A stretch of DNA of 64,000 nt from Phycisphaerae bacterium. Its GTDB lineage: Bacteria; Planctomycetota; Phycisphaerae; UBA1845. The notes under the pieces were generated by a model. That model had not been told where the DNA came from and did no database searches. It saw nothing but the letters and a program-made list of their open reading frames with translations. Shown here piece after piece: positions 15,809 to 25,395 of this stretch; positions within the stretch are counted from its first letter, which is position 1; every line of letters starts with the position of its first letter. Both the position numbers and the translations under genes were made by a program. The stretch spans positions 13,885 through 77,884 of the forward strand of contig DATKXO010000110.1 in assembly GCA_035528995.1 (NCBI GenBank). The letters run 5' to 3'.

Positions 15809-17857
15809 CTACCTGGCGGGGGCCTGCAGCTCGGCGATGATTCGTCCGGCCTCCGGTTCCTCGATCCATTCGACGTGCCCGTCGGCAAACGCAACGGCCG
15901 CCCCGCGCCCGTTGCGGACCTCGCGTTCGGCCAGGACCACCGTGGTGGCCGGCTGCGCCATTGTCTTGGTGTTCGACCCGGAACGATAGAGGTAGAAGGA
16001 CTGTTCGTCGACCTCGGACACGTCGGCCGGTCCGCTGCCGTCGTACGGGCTGCGCAGCATCTGCACCGTCATGGAGCCGTCGGCCACCAGATCGCCCAGC
16101 GACGTGGGGAACTCGCCCTTGTGCTCGCTGGCGTAGATGAGACAGCAGGTCACGATGCCCTTTATGTTGGCCATGGAGACGGTGCGTCTGGTCTGATTGC
16201 GGGCCTCGGCCAGCGACTCGACCATGGATTGGCCCACGACCTCCATGGCTGCCTGTGTGCCCGACTCGTTCAGGGCAAGGTCCACCAGGATCGTCCCGGG
16301 CCGCGAGGTGACGGCGATTCCCAGCGCAGCGTCGGTGCCGGCGGCGCGGCTGAACACGGGCACCACCAGCGGGTCCTGGCGCTCCGGTTCCTCGCCCATC
16401 TCAGCCAGGGCCAGCTCGGCGAACCGGGCGATGTTCATGAAAACCAGCCGCGAGGCCGAGTCAGGCAGTCGAGCGAGGATCGACTTCAGGTTCGGATGCG
16501 CGTCGAACGCCTTGTGCTCCAGGTGGGCTTCGATGGCTGATACGACGCGCTGGGTCGATCCGCCCATCACCAGGTAGCCGTCGACCACGGCCAGCGCTAA
16601 TGGCGGGTCGCCGTCGTCACCCCGGGACACGATCTGTACACCGCGGTACACGGTCGTGTTGATGGGCAGGCCATAGCCGTTGACCAGGTTCTGGAACTGC
16701 CGGAGGAACAGGTCGGCATCGGCCAGCTTGACGGCCGCGATCAGGTGCGGTTTTTCGTCGTCGCCGGCCTGCACGCCGATGGCCCATTCGTCCACCATGT
16801 TGTCCAGAAAGTCGTGCTGTGGATCGAACCCGAACTCGCGGGTGACCTCGGTCAACTCGCTGCGGAACTCGTCCACGATGTCCGGATCGATCTTCTCGAT
16901 GATCTCGCACAGCCGATCCGCGAGGTCGGAGGCGTTGGTCATGGCTCCGCAGCAGGCGATCACGCAGTCGGCCGGTAGAACCGACGCCGCCTCGAGCTTT
17001 CGTTCGGGCGGTACGAGCAGGCCGGTCAGCCCGCTTTGCTCGTCGGCCACGCCAATGGCCAGGTTGGCCGACAGCGCCGGCCCGGACCAGTCGGCCGTCA
17101 GAGCCACCGACTCGAACGCGTCGAGCCCGGCGGCGTCGAACAGGCGGCCGGATTCCTCGTCCATTTGAACTCGTGCCAGGGTGATCAGCGGGCGGAGATT
17201 GAGATAGGCCAGCAGGTCGCCCCGCCATGTGCGCAGGTTCTTTGCGATTGGCAGACGCCGGAACTCTTCGCTCTCGACGAAGCGCTGACCGTCTGCGTTG
17301 GGGTTGTTGCCGGCGAGGAATTCCATCACCGACTGCCGCCAGGTGTCTCCGTAGGCCAGCCCGTCGCGCACGCCGACGTACAGGGTTATGGCGAGCGGCA
17401 GTTCCGACGGCCTGATGGTGATCAGTTGCCCGTCGCGTCCGACCTCGATCGGTGGGGCGCCCTGCGATCCGACGAGGTCGCCGTCGGTCCAGGCCTTGAG
17501 GCGGGAGAACAAGTCATTTGCATCGCCCGCGACCGTTGCGGCGAAACTGATGCCAAGGGCGTCGGGGCGCAACGCCTTCGCCCGGACGGCGAGCATGGTC
17601 GGACCGCCGAAGGTCTCCCGCCAGCCGCGGGCCAGCGCGGCAGCGTCGGGGCAGCCGGCTTCTCTGGCGGCCATCAGGGCGATCGGGTTGTCGAGCAGGG
17701 CCGACACATCCTCCGTGTACAAGACAAACAGCGGGTCGGCCGGGGCCAGTGCCAGCAGGTCGGTCGGCGTCGCGGCCGGTGCTGCCGGTTGCTCACCGGC
17801 GAGGGCGACCGTCGCGAGAAGCGTCCAGCAGCCAGCGGTACGGAGAAAGGCGTTCAT
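15809..17857 (-). CDS. Secreted protein: large N-terminal domain of unknown function plus a C-terminal DUF1559/pseudopilin-like domain
   Basis: Sec signal MNAFLRTAGCWTLLATVALAGE. SD AGGAAA. The C-terminal 130 aa reads ARNQTRRTVSMANIKGIVTCCLIYASEHKGEFP...GRGAAVAFADGHVEWIE. This matches the alpha1-C helix and the terminal N/H-x9-DG strand of Planctomycete type-II-secretion-like pseudopilins. Confidence 0.7.
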   Translation of the reverse strand: MNAFLRTAGCWTLLATVALAGEQPAAPAATPTDLLALAPADPLFVLYTEDVSALLDNPIALMAAREAGCPDAAALARGWRETFGGPTMLAVRAKALRPDALGISFAATVAGDANDLFSRLKAWTDGDLVGSQGAPPIEVGRDGQLITIRPSELPLAITLYVGVRDGLAYGDTWRQSVMEFLAGNNPNADGQRFVESEEFRRLPIAKNLRTWRGDLLAYLNLRPLITLARVQMDEESGRLFDAAGLDAFESVALTADWSGPALSANLAIGVADEQSGLTGLLVPPERKLEAASVLPADCVIACCGAMTNASDLADRLCEIIEKIDPDIVDEFRSELTEVTREFGFDPQHDFLDNMVDEWAIGVQAGDDEKPHLIAAVKLADADLFLRQFQNLVNGYGLPINTTVYRGVQIVSRGDDGDPPLALAVVDGYLVMGGSTQRVVSAIEAHLEHKAFDAHPNLKSILARLPDSASRLVFMNIARFAELALAEMGEEPERQDPLVVPVFSRAAGTDAALGIAVTSRPGTILVDLALNESGTQAAMEVVGQSMVESLAEARNQTRRTVSMANIKGIVTCCLIYASEHKGEFPTSLGDLVADGSMTVQMLRSPYDGSGPADVSEVDEQSFYLYRSGSNTKTMAQPATTVVLAEREVRNGRGAAVAFADGHVEWIEEPEAGRIIAELQAPAR

Positions 17858-17936
17858 GGTCGTGTTTCCTGCGTCATTCGCCAGGGGTTGTCGTCGTTCC
17901 GTCTTCTTCGAGTCTCATCGGCCGGGGCGGCTCGTT

Positions 17937-19337
17937 CTACTCCTCGAACGGTTTGACGTCCGGCGCGGGGAATCGGCAGACGTAGTCGAGCTTCCACGCC
18001 CGTTCGTCTTCCTTGCCGCCGTCGTCCACCATGTTCTCGCCGACGCTGTAGAGCATCCAACCCTCGCCCTCGGGCTGGTACACGTACTGGTTGCCGCTGA
18101 ATGGGTCGATCAGGTCATCCGCGCCGCCCAGGATGTCGGTCAACTCGTCGAGCCGATCGGGGAAGGCACCGTCGTGTCGCGCGGCGTACAGACGAAGGGC
18201 GGCAATCACGCGGGTCATCTGGGCCGCGGTTCGAAGGCGTTCGCCCAGTTCGTTGGCCCGGGCCAGGGAGGGCAGCAGCATGCGGGCGAGCACGTTCCAC
18301 CGCGGTATGGACCGGACGATTTGTTCCTCCCAGTCGCCCGGCCAGTTGGCCTCGTAGGCGGGCAACTCGGAACGGCGGATCAACTCGTCGTAGAACGTGT
18401 TCATGTGTCTCTTGATGGTCCGATCGGGGAGCATAAGCCGGCCGATGCGGGCCTCGAGTACCCCCCAGCCCGTTTCGTTTGGCGGGTTCACGTCGAAGTC
18501 CCCGTTCCAGAAGTTGTGCACGTTTCGCAAGGACATCGTCGGGCGGGACACGAACTCGTCCACGATCCCCAGGCCGAACAGCTTCTCCATCCGCACGCCG
18601 CGTTTCATGTCCGGGCGGGTTTCGGCCAGTCGAGCGGTCTGATCCAGGATCTTCTGCAGCAGTGCCGGCGGCAGGTCACGTCGAAGGACCAGGTCGCGAG
18701 TGGCCTGATCGCCGATCGCGCAGCAGGCCACGCCCACCAGGGCCTCGATCAGCGTGATGCCCTGACCGATGTGGGCCCCCATTCGCCATGCGGTGATGTA
18801 GTTGTCGAAAGCCCGGGCGTACTTGCCGCCGGCTTCCAGCCGTCGGCCATCCGCTATCAGCATCTTGGCCAGGTGGCGGTGGTGACTCAGGCTGGGCAGC
18901 AGCACCGCGATGATGCTGCCGCCGGGGTCCCCGAAGTAGGGCATCTGACACCGTTCCAGCTCGCCGGCCTGCCGGGCCAGTTCGAGGGCGCGGCGGTTGT
19001 CCTTGTTGGTGAGCCAGGCTTCGAGCTTGGTGCCGGCTGATCCCGGTGGCCAGGCCGTGCGGCAGGCATAGCCGAAGGCGCCCTTGAGGTCATCAGGCAA
19101 CTCGGCGAAAGCGTTGGCCGCTTCGATGTACGTCCAGGCCGCGTTCTCGTCGCGGGGGATGTCCGCGACGTCGAAGCCGCGCTGGCGAAGGTCGTCCGCG
19201 GGCCAGACGGTCATGGTCCGGTCGCGGATGGTGACCTGCTCGGGCGGCTCGTCGGCCGGCAGCAGGGCGGGGCTCAGGCACAGCACTGCCGTTGCGGCGA
19301 CGATCCGGGTGGTCCAGGGGGCTGTTCCGGGCTTCAT
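17937..19337 (-). CDS. Secreted protein with a C-terminal GspG-like pseudopilin head domain
   Basis: ATG at 19337 with GAGGAG about 9 nt upstream. Signal MKPGTAPWTTRIVAATAVLCLSPALLPADE. The C-terminus LRLYAARHDGAFPDRLDEL...LIDPFSGNQYVYQPEGEGWMLYSVGENMVDDGG follows the GspG pattern (Y-x-LD-x-x-x-YP...DPWG-x-x-Y...SLG-x-DG). The 1130-aa ORF in the track is a run-on into the NhaC antisense frame. Confidence 0.7.
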   Translation of the reverse strand: MKPGTAPWTTRIVAATAVLCLSPALLPADEPPEQVTIRDRTMTVWPADDLRQRGFDVADIPRDENAAWTYIEAANAFAELPDDLKGAFGYACRTAWPPGSAGTKLEAWLTNKDNRRALELARQAGELERCQMPYFGDPGGSIIAVLLPSLSHHRHLAKMLIADGRRLEAGGKYARAFDNYITAWRMGAHIGQGITLIEALVGVACCAIGDQATRDLVLRRDLPPALLQKILDQTARLAETRPDMKRGVRMEKLFGLGIVDEFVSRPTMSLRNVHNFWNGDFDVNPPNETGWGVLEARIGRLMLPDRTIKRHMNTFYDELIRRSELPAYEANWPGDWEEQIVRSIPRWNVLARMLLPSLARANELGERLRTAAQMTRVIAALRLYAARHDGAFPDRLDELTDILGGADDLIDPFSGNQYVYQPEGEGWMLYSVGENMVDDGGKEDERAWKLDYVCRFPAPDVKPFEE

Positions 19338-19401
19338 CGTCTGTGTCTCCTCGAAACGGGAGCGGGCGCCGCCCGCTGTCGGCACTCCGGGCGCATTATC
19401 G

Positions 19402-19416
19402 GCGGAACCGGTGCCA
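19402..19416 (-). promoter_or_regulatory. Possible sigma54-type promoter (TGGCAC-N5-x-x-GC)
   Basis: The minus strand reads TGGCACCGGTTCCGC. The -24 element is perfect, the GG-N10-GC spacing fits, and the -12 element is CCGC instead of TTGC. It lies 65-80 nt upstream of the ATG at 19337. Confidence 0.25.
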
Positions 19417-19513
19417 GCCAGGGTACCAGACGAGCGGCGGCAGGGTGTGTTAGCGCGTGTGTGGTGTTTTTTCGGCTTTCGGTCGTTTGCCCCAGGAGCG
19501 TCGGCGGCAACCC

Positions 19514-21409
19514 TCAGAAGCCCGGCGCGTTGATCGGGCTGGGCGGCATGGCCGGCGGCTGCGGCGCGGGTGCCCGTCGGCCCAGAATCAGTACGATGAG
19601 CAGCAGGGCCACTACGCCTGCCAGCACGCCCATCCACCACGGCTTGCCGTAGATATTGCACAGGACGTTGCCGGCCCCGACGCTCACCACGGCGGCCAGC
19701 AGGGCGTACGGCATCTGCGTCCAGACGTGCTGCTCGAGCGTGCACGAAGTGGCCAATGAAGATAGAACCGTCGTGTCGCTGATGGGCGAGCAGTGGTCGC
19801 CGAAGATCGACCCGGCCAACACGGCTCCGACGGCCGAGTAGAACAGCGGTGCTGCTTCCGCAGCGGGCATGTCTGCGCACAGCTTGGCCGCCACCATTAC
19901 GGTGGCCGGGCAGAGAATCCCCATCGTTCCCCAACTCGAACCGGTGGCGAACGAGACCAGGCAAGCCGCCCCGAACACGGTCATGGGCAGGAACATGGGC
20001 GCGAACTGGGCGTCCTTCAATGCGTCGCTGACCACCTCGCCCAGTTGCAGCGCCCGGGTGGCGTCGGACAGGGCCCAGGCCAGCACCAGGATGACGATGG
20101 CCGGGAACATCCGCGACATGCTCTCCAGCCCGCCGTCGACGGCCTCGCGGAACTTCGCGTTTCGCGCGACCAGGGCGATGAGCAGTGCCAGGGCCAAACC
20201 GGCCACGGCGCCGTAGAGGATGGACCGATAGGGATCGGCGCCGACCAGAACGTCTTTCACCGTGTCCAGCGACAGCGTGGCGTCTTGGGGAAGGGTCTGC
20301 CAGCCCGGCAGGACCAGGATCACGACGGTGACCACCACCATCAACAGCACGGGCAACAGGGCGTACCAGGCTCGGCCCGGGGGCGCTCCGCCGTCTTCCT
20401 GGGCCATGGCGTACACGCTGCGCTGGGCCGCCTCGCGCTCGGCCTTCTTCATGGGTCCGAAGTCGCGTCTTGTCAGGGCGATCAGCGCCACCAGCGCCAG
20501 GGCGAAGAGGGCGTAGAAGCGATAGCCGATGCTGGCCAGGAAGACGTGGTAAGCGCTGGCATTGGCCACGATTTCGGGAACGGCCTGTCCGGTTGCCAGG
20601 GCGCTGGCGTTTGCGGCATCCAATCCGTCCTTGATGTAGCCGACCTCGGCGCCGATCCAGGTTCCGATGGGCACGAGCGAGGCCACCGGTGCGGCCGTCG
20701 AGTCCACGATGTAGGCCAGTTTCGCCCGGCTGACGCGCAGGCGGTCGAAGAGCGGGCGAAGGGTCGGACCGAGGATCATGGTGTTGGCGTAGTCGTCGAA
20801 GAACACGGCGTGGCCGGCGACCCATCCGCTCAACTGGGCGCGTCGCGAAGTCCTGGCCCAGCGCGACATGGCATCGACGACGGCCCGCGTCCCGCCGATG
20901 GCACCGACAACGCCCACCATGGCGCCGATGGCCATGGTGAAGACGATGATCTGCACGCGGTAGTAGCCGTAGTCCGGGTCGAGATCGACAATCCCACCGA
21001 CGAGGTACTCCTCCACCGCCACGCGTACGCCCCGCAGGACAGTCGGTGCGTCGGCGAAGGCGGCCTCCGGCCCGCGGCAGGGCAGCAGCATGTACGCCGC
21101 CACCAGAACACCCACGAAGAGCGAGACCACCACCTGCCGGCTCATGATGGCCAGCAGGATGGCCACCAACGGTGGCGCCAAGACCCACAGGTCTCCTCCG
21201 AACTTGCCCTTGTAATACTCCTGCGGTGTGGGCACGGCCGGCGCGGTCGTGGCCGTTGGCTGGTCGGTGGTTGCGACGTCGGCGGCGGTCGGCTGGGCCT
21301 GCTGGGCGAGCGTCACCGCACACACGCAAAGAACGCCCGCCGCCAGCACCATCGTGGGCAGGGACAGTCGGCGGACCTGCTTGAGCAACGCGAACGGGTT
21401 ACGTGTCAC
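19514..21409 (-). CDS. Na+/H+ antiporter NhaC-family transporter
   Basis: Polytopic. Family signatures FATGSSWGTMGILCP and SIFGDHCSPISDTTVLSS. N-terminal signal-like extension. Confidence 0.85.
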   Translation of the reverse strand: MTRNPFALLKQVRRLSLPTMVLAAGVLCVCAVTLAQQAQPTAADVATTDQPTATTAPAVPTPQEYYKGKFGGDLWVLAPPLVAILLAIMSRQVVVSLFVGVLVAAYMLLPCRGPEAAFADAPTVLRGVRVAVEEYLVGGIVDLDPDYGYYRVQIIVFTMAIGAMVGVVGAIGGTRAVVDAMSRWARTSRRAQLSGWVAGHAVFFDDYANTMILGPTLRPLFDRLRVSRAKLAYIVDSTAAPVASLVPIGTWIGAEVGYIKDGLDAANASALATGQAVPEIVANASAYHVFLASIGYRFYALFALALVALIALTRRDFGPMKKAEREAAQRSVYAMAQEDGGAPPGRAWYALLPVLLMVVVTVVILVLPGWQTLPQDATLSLDTVKDVLVGADPYRSILYGAVAGLALALLIALVARNAKFREAVDGGLESMSRMFPAIVILVLAWALSDATRALQLGEVVSDALKDAQFAPMFLPMTVFGAACLVSFATGSSWGTMGILCPATVMVAAKLCADMPAAEAAPLFYSAVGAVLAGSIFGDHCSPISDTTVLSSLATSCTLEQHVWTQMPYALLAAVVSVGAGNVLCNIYGKPWWMGVLAGVVALLLIVLILGRRAPAPQPPAMPPSPINAPGF

Positions 21410-21448
21410 AGCATCATCTCCGTACCGGTTTTCGCTCTTGGCCCGCCG

Positions 21449-22219
21449 CTATTTCAGACATTCCACACCCGATCGAAAAACGTCCAACCCGTCGGCAGTC
21501 GCGACGTCCGGACGGCGCGTCCACAGCGGATGCTGCGTCCGGTCGACGTGGCGCTCGGGGTGCGGCATCAAACCCAGAACCTGCCCGGTTGCATCGGTCA
21601 GGCCCGCGATGCCGTCCGCGCTGCCGTTGGGGTTGGCCGGATAATCACCCGGTTCGCCCCGGCTGTCCACATAACGCAGAGCCACGTGGCCGTTTTCGCG
21701 CAGGGCGGTCAGGGCCCGCTCCGAATCGACAACCAGACGGCCTTCGGCGTGGGCCACGGGCGCTTCGATATAACGCGACCGCCGCAGGAACGCACACCGG
21801 TCCGTCTCGACCCGCAGCCGCACCCACCGATCCTCGAACCTCGACGACGAGTTCGGCGCCAGGCTCACGCGTAAAGCCTCCCGCCGGCCGCCGGGCAGCA
21901 GCCCCATCCGGACCAGCACCTGAAACCCGTTGCAGATGCCCAGCACCAGCTTGCCGGTGGCAATGAATTCGCGGGCGGCATCGCTCAGGCGATGGGCGAG
22001 GCGGCTCGCCAGAATCCTACCGGCCGCGATGTCGTCCCCGTAGCTGAAACCGCCCGGAACTGTCAGAACTTGTGCGTCATTCAATTGGCCCGGGTTGCGA
22101 ATCAGTTCGTTGACGTGGACCAGCCGCGGCTCGGCGCCCGCGAGGCGCCAGGCGTGGACGGTCTCGCCGTCGCAGTTGATCCCGGCCGCCCGGAGCACGA
22201 TGACGCGAACCTTAGCCAC
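21449..22219 (-). CDS. purQ: Phosphoribosylformylglycinamidine synthase subunit PurQ (glutaminase)
   Basis: VRVIVLRAAGINCDGE, nucleophile elbow GICNGFQVLV, MPHPER. The GTG start at 22219 overlaps the purL stop by 8 nt (GTGGCTAA). Confidence 0.9.
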   Translation of the reverse strand: MAKVRVIVLRAAGINCDGETVHAWRLAGAEPRLVHVNELIRNPGQLNDAQVLTVPGGFSYGDDIAAGRILASRLAHRLSDAAREFIATGKLVLGICNGFQVLVRMGLLPGGRREALRVSLAPNSSSRFEDRWVRLRVETDRCAFLRRSRYIEAPVAHAEGRLVVDSERALTALRENGHVALRYVDSRGEPGDYPANPNGSADGIAGLTDATGQVLGLMPHPERHVDRTQHPLWTRRPDVATADGLDVFRSGVECLK

Positions 22220-25109
22220 GTTGCGTCCCTCCCGGCCCGTCGCGCAGCGGCGAGCGCCATGCTTCACGCAACGCGGCGACCTCCAGATCGATCAACGTCC
22301 CGTTCTGGTGCGTCACGAGCAGTCGTTGCACCGTGGTGACCTCGCCCAGCGCGATGGCATCCGGCCAATCGTCATCCTGACCGACCTCCAGACAGTAGCC
22401 GGTCAGGATGGGCGCGAACAACTCGTCAGCGGCATCCGCCGCCACCGTCGCCCCCAGGTCACCGGCGATGCACCTCTCGGCGATCGCGACGGCCCATCCT
22501 CCGTCGCTCACGTCGTGCGCGGAGATGACGCGCCCATCGCGGATCGAGCGTGCGACCTGGTGGTGCAGTTCGCGGGACCGGTCGAGTCCGACCGCGTCAG
22601 CCGGTGCCCGCACCAGGATCAGCCGGTTGCCCGGGCGCTTCAGGTCCATGGTCACGCATCGCCGGACGTCCTCGATGATGCTGACCGCGCTGATCAGCAG
22701 CGTCCCGGGGATCGATATTCGCTCCGGCATGTTCAGTCGCCGGGCCTCGGCGGGATCCTGCGAGAACTGGTTGTTGAGCGAATCCTTGCCGGAGATGAAG
22801 GGCAGGCCGTAGGCCAGGGCCGCGTCGTGGGCGCCCTGGCAGGCCCGCACCAGTCCGCCGAGCGCCCGGGCATCCGTGACGCCGCCCCAGCAGAAGTTAT
22901 CCAGAATCGCGGTGCGGTCCGGGTCGCCGCCGACGCAGACCACGTTGCGCAGGGCCTCGTCCACGGAGGCGACGGCCATCCGGTACGGATCGACGTCGGA
23001 CAGATGCGGCGTTATTCCGCAACCGAGGGCGATGCCGCGATGGCTCTCCAGCCGAGGGCGCAGGACGGCCGCGTCCGCCGGCCCGTCACCCGGTCCGCAG
23101 AGCGGCTTGACCACGCTGCCGCCCTGAACCTCGTGGTCGTACTGTCGGATGACCCATTCCTTCGAGGCGGTGTTGTAGCTGCCCAGCTCCGCCAGCAATC
23201 GGTCAGGTGGGGACTGGGGATTGGGGATTGGAGATTGGGGGTTGGGGATGGACCATTCCGCCCGGCGTGGGGTGCGAGGCAGGCCGTTGTGAAGGAAGTC
23301 CATCTCCAACTCGCCCACCACCGTTCCCTGATAGCACACCCGGAGCCGGCCGTTGCCGGTGAACTCGCCGATGACGGTGGCTTCGACCTCCTCCTCCTTG
23401 AAAACGCTCAGCAGTGCCGGCAGGTTGTCATCCGGAACGGCCAGGACCATGCGTTCCTGGGCCTCGGATATCCAGATCTCGTCGTAGCGCAGGCCGGCGT
23501 ACTTGAGCGGCACGTTCTCCAGCTCGACCTCGGCGCCGAGGTGCTCGCCCATCTCGCCGACCGCGCTGCTTAACCCGCCGGCGCCGCAGTCGGTGACCGC
23601 GCTGAACAGACAACCCTCTTCGTGGTCGCGGGCCCGCAGCAGGGCGTCGAGCACCTTCTTCTCTTCGATGGGGTTGCCGATCTGCACCGCGTGGGAGAAC
23701 TCGTCGGCGTGCGTATCGGTCAGCTCGGCCGACGAGAACGTGGCTCCGTGGATGCCGTCGCGTCCGGTGCGTCCGCCGACCAGGACGATGCGGTCGCCGG
23801 GCCGCGGGGCCTTGGCGATGCGGTCTCGGGGGATCAGCCCGACGGACCCGCAGAACACGAGTGGATTGGCCAGGTAGCGATCGTCGAAGCAGATGGCCCC
23901 GTTGACAGTGGGGATGCCCATGCGGTTGCCGTAGTCGCGCACTCCGCCGACCACGCCCTTGAGCACCCGCCGGGGATGCAGCACACCGCGCGGCAGGCGC
24001 GAGTCGGGGTAATCCGGCGGCGCGAAGCAGAACACGTCGGTCGAGGCGATGGGTTTGGCCCCCAATCCGCAGCCCAGGATGTCGCGGATGCACCCGCCGA
24101 TGCCGGTGGCCGCCCCGCCGTAGGGCTCGATGGCCGACGGGTGGTTGTGCGTCTCGACCTTGAAGGCCACGCCGTACTCATCGTCGAAGGCGACCACTCC
24201 GGCGTTGTCCTCGAACACCGACAGGCACCAGTCACGGTTCAGGTCGCGCGTCACCTTGGCGATGGTCGATGACAGCAGGTTGTCATACCGGAACTGGACC
24301 GTCTCATCGCTGCCGAAGCCGGCCCCGCGATAGAGGACGTCGGCGGTGAGCGTTTTGTGTACGCAGTGTTCGGACCAGGTCTGGGCCAGGGTCTCCAGCT
24401 CGAGGTCCGTCGGATCGCGGTCGCGCCGGCGGAAGTGATCCCGGACGGCCTCCATCTCGGGGACGGACAGGAAGAGATGGGCCCGGCGCGAGAGGGCGGC
24501 CAGTGCTTCGGCGTTCAGTGTACGGATGGGCACGGTGCGCAGCTCGAACGCGGCGGCGGGCGCCTGCGGGAAGGCCGAGGGCAACTCGTCCCGCCGGCCG
24601 AACCCGCACAGATAGATCGACTCGATGCACTCGTTGGCCAGGACCTGGCGGGCCAGGTGCTCCAATTCGGGCGCGCCGGTCGCCCCGTCGACGGTGTAGC
24701 GTCTTGCGGTGCGAACTTCGTCGATGCGGTACGTGTCCGACAGGCCGGCGGCGTCCAGCAGTTCTCGGATGGCATCGCGGGTGCTCAGCGCCACCGTGTC
24801 CATCACGCCGGGCTGATAGTGGACCTCGACGGCGGGCTGGTTTTCGTCCCGTCGCGTCAGGCTCGGGGCACAGGCGCATTCCTGCGTGACCGGATCGGTC
24901 AGCAGATCGGCTGCTATCCGATCGACGATCTGTGCATCCAACGCACCGGCCAGCAGATAGATGGTCGTCGAACGGACGCTACGAACGTGGCCCAGCCCCA
25001 GCCGGTGGACGTCGCCCAGTACACCACGCCCGATTGCGTCAGAACCCTGGTCACGCGGCGTGACCAGAACCTGCCACAGGGTCTGCGTTTGCGTTGATGC
25101 GATTGCCAT
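22212..25109 (-). CDS. purL: Phosphoribosylformylglycinamidine synthase PurL with two fused N-terminal PurS-like repeats (PurS-PurS-PurL)
   Basis: PurL core FKVETHNHPSAIEPYGGAATGIGGCIRDI. The N-terminal 170 aa contains two PurS-like units ending LLTDPVTQECA and VLANECIESIYL. An alternative ATG lies at 25139. Confidence 0.9.
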   Translation of the reverse strand: MAIASTQTQTLWQVLVTPRDQGSDAIGRGVLGDVHRLGLGHVRSVRSTTIYLLAGALDAQIVDRIAADLLTDPVTQECACAPSLTRRDENQPAVEVHYQPGVMDTVALSTRDAIRELLDAAGLSDTYRIDEVRTARRYTVDGATGAPELEHLARQVLANECIESIYLCGFGRRDELPSAFPQAPAAAFELRTVPIRTLNAEALAALSRRAHLFLSVPEMEAVRDHFRRRDRDPTDLELETLAQTWSEHCVHKTLTADVLYRGAGFGSDETVQFRYDNLLSSTIAKVTRDLNRDWCLSVFEDNAGVVAFDDEYGVAFKVETHNHPSAIEPYGGAATGIGGCIRDILGCGLGAKPIASTDVFCFAPPDYPDSRLPRGVLHPRRVLKGVVGGVRDYGNRMGIPTVNGAICFDDRYLANPLVFCGSVGLIPRDRIAKAPRPGDRIVLVGGRTGRDGIHGATFSSAELTDTHADEFSHAVQIGNPIEEKKVLDALLRARDHEEGCLFSAVTDCGAGGLSSAVGEMGEHLGAEVELENVPLKYAGLRYDEIWISEAQERMVLAVPDDNLPALLSVFKEEEVEATVIGEFTGNGRLRVCYQGTVVGELEMDFLHNGLPRTPRRAEWSIPNPQSPIPNPQSPPDRLLAELGSYNTASKEWVIRQYDHEVQGGSVVKPLCGPGDGPADAAVLRPRLESHRGIALGCGITPHLSDVDPYRMAVASVDEALRNVVCVGGDPDRTAILDNFCWGGVTDARALGGLVRACQGAHDAALAYGLPFISGKDSLNNQFSQDPAEARRLNMPERISIPGTLLISAVSIIEDVRRCVTMDLKRPGNRLILVRAPADAVGLDRSRELHHQVARSIRDGRVISAHDVSDGGWAVAIAERCIAGDLGATVAADAADELFAPILTGYCLEVGQDDDWPDAIALGEVTTVQRLLVTHQNGTLIDLEVAALREAWRSPLRDGPGGTQRG
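23208..23249 (-). repeat. In-frame tandem 21-nt duplication inside purL (IPNPQSP x2)
   Basis: The minus strand reads ATCCCCAACCCCCAATCTCCA / ATCCCCAATCCCCAGTCCCCA. It lies in the linker before the SKEWVIRQYDHEVQ motif. Confidence 0.8.
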
Positions 25110-25395
25110 TGTCGGACGCCACCCGCGCCGGGCGTCCACCGCAGGCGGAACAGCCGCGTCTGCCGGGGACGTGCGTGTACCATAATGCTGCGCCCCGCGT
25201 CGGGCCAGGCATTGTCAGCGGGCGACCTCGCGCCGGATGCAGGATGCCCGATATCGGCCACTGGACACCGGCGGCGCCGATCGGGGCCTGGTACGCCGAT
25301 CACCGCGTCCTTGCCGGGCTCAGATCACCGGCTACAATCCTTCAGAGTAAGGCCCGTGCAGACATCCCTTGCCGAACACGGCGGAAAGACCCGGA

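Noticed and set aside
17937-21329. 1130-aa ORF on the minus strand
   Set aside because: Only the last 466 codons are a real gene (signal peptide plus SD at 19337). The upstream 660 codons are an Arg/Gly/Pro-rich run-on in an alternative frame of the NhaC transporter gene.
19793-21874. 693-aa plus-strand ORF, and similar long ORFs at 3165-4448, 17388-19040, 22095-23573, 40641-41561, 45529-47172, 47781-49472, 54729-56546 and 60719-62413
   Set aside because: All lie antisense to, or frame-shifted within, genes with clear family motifs. Their compositions are typical of non-coding frames in high-GC DNA.
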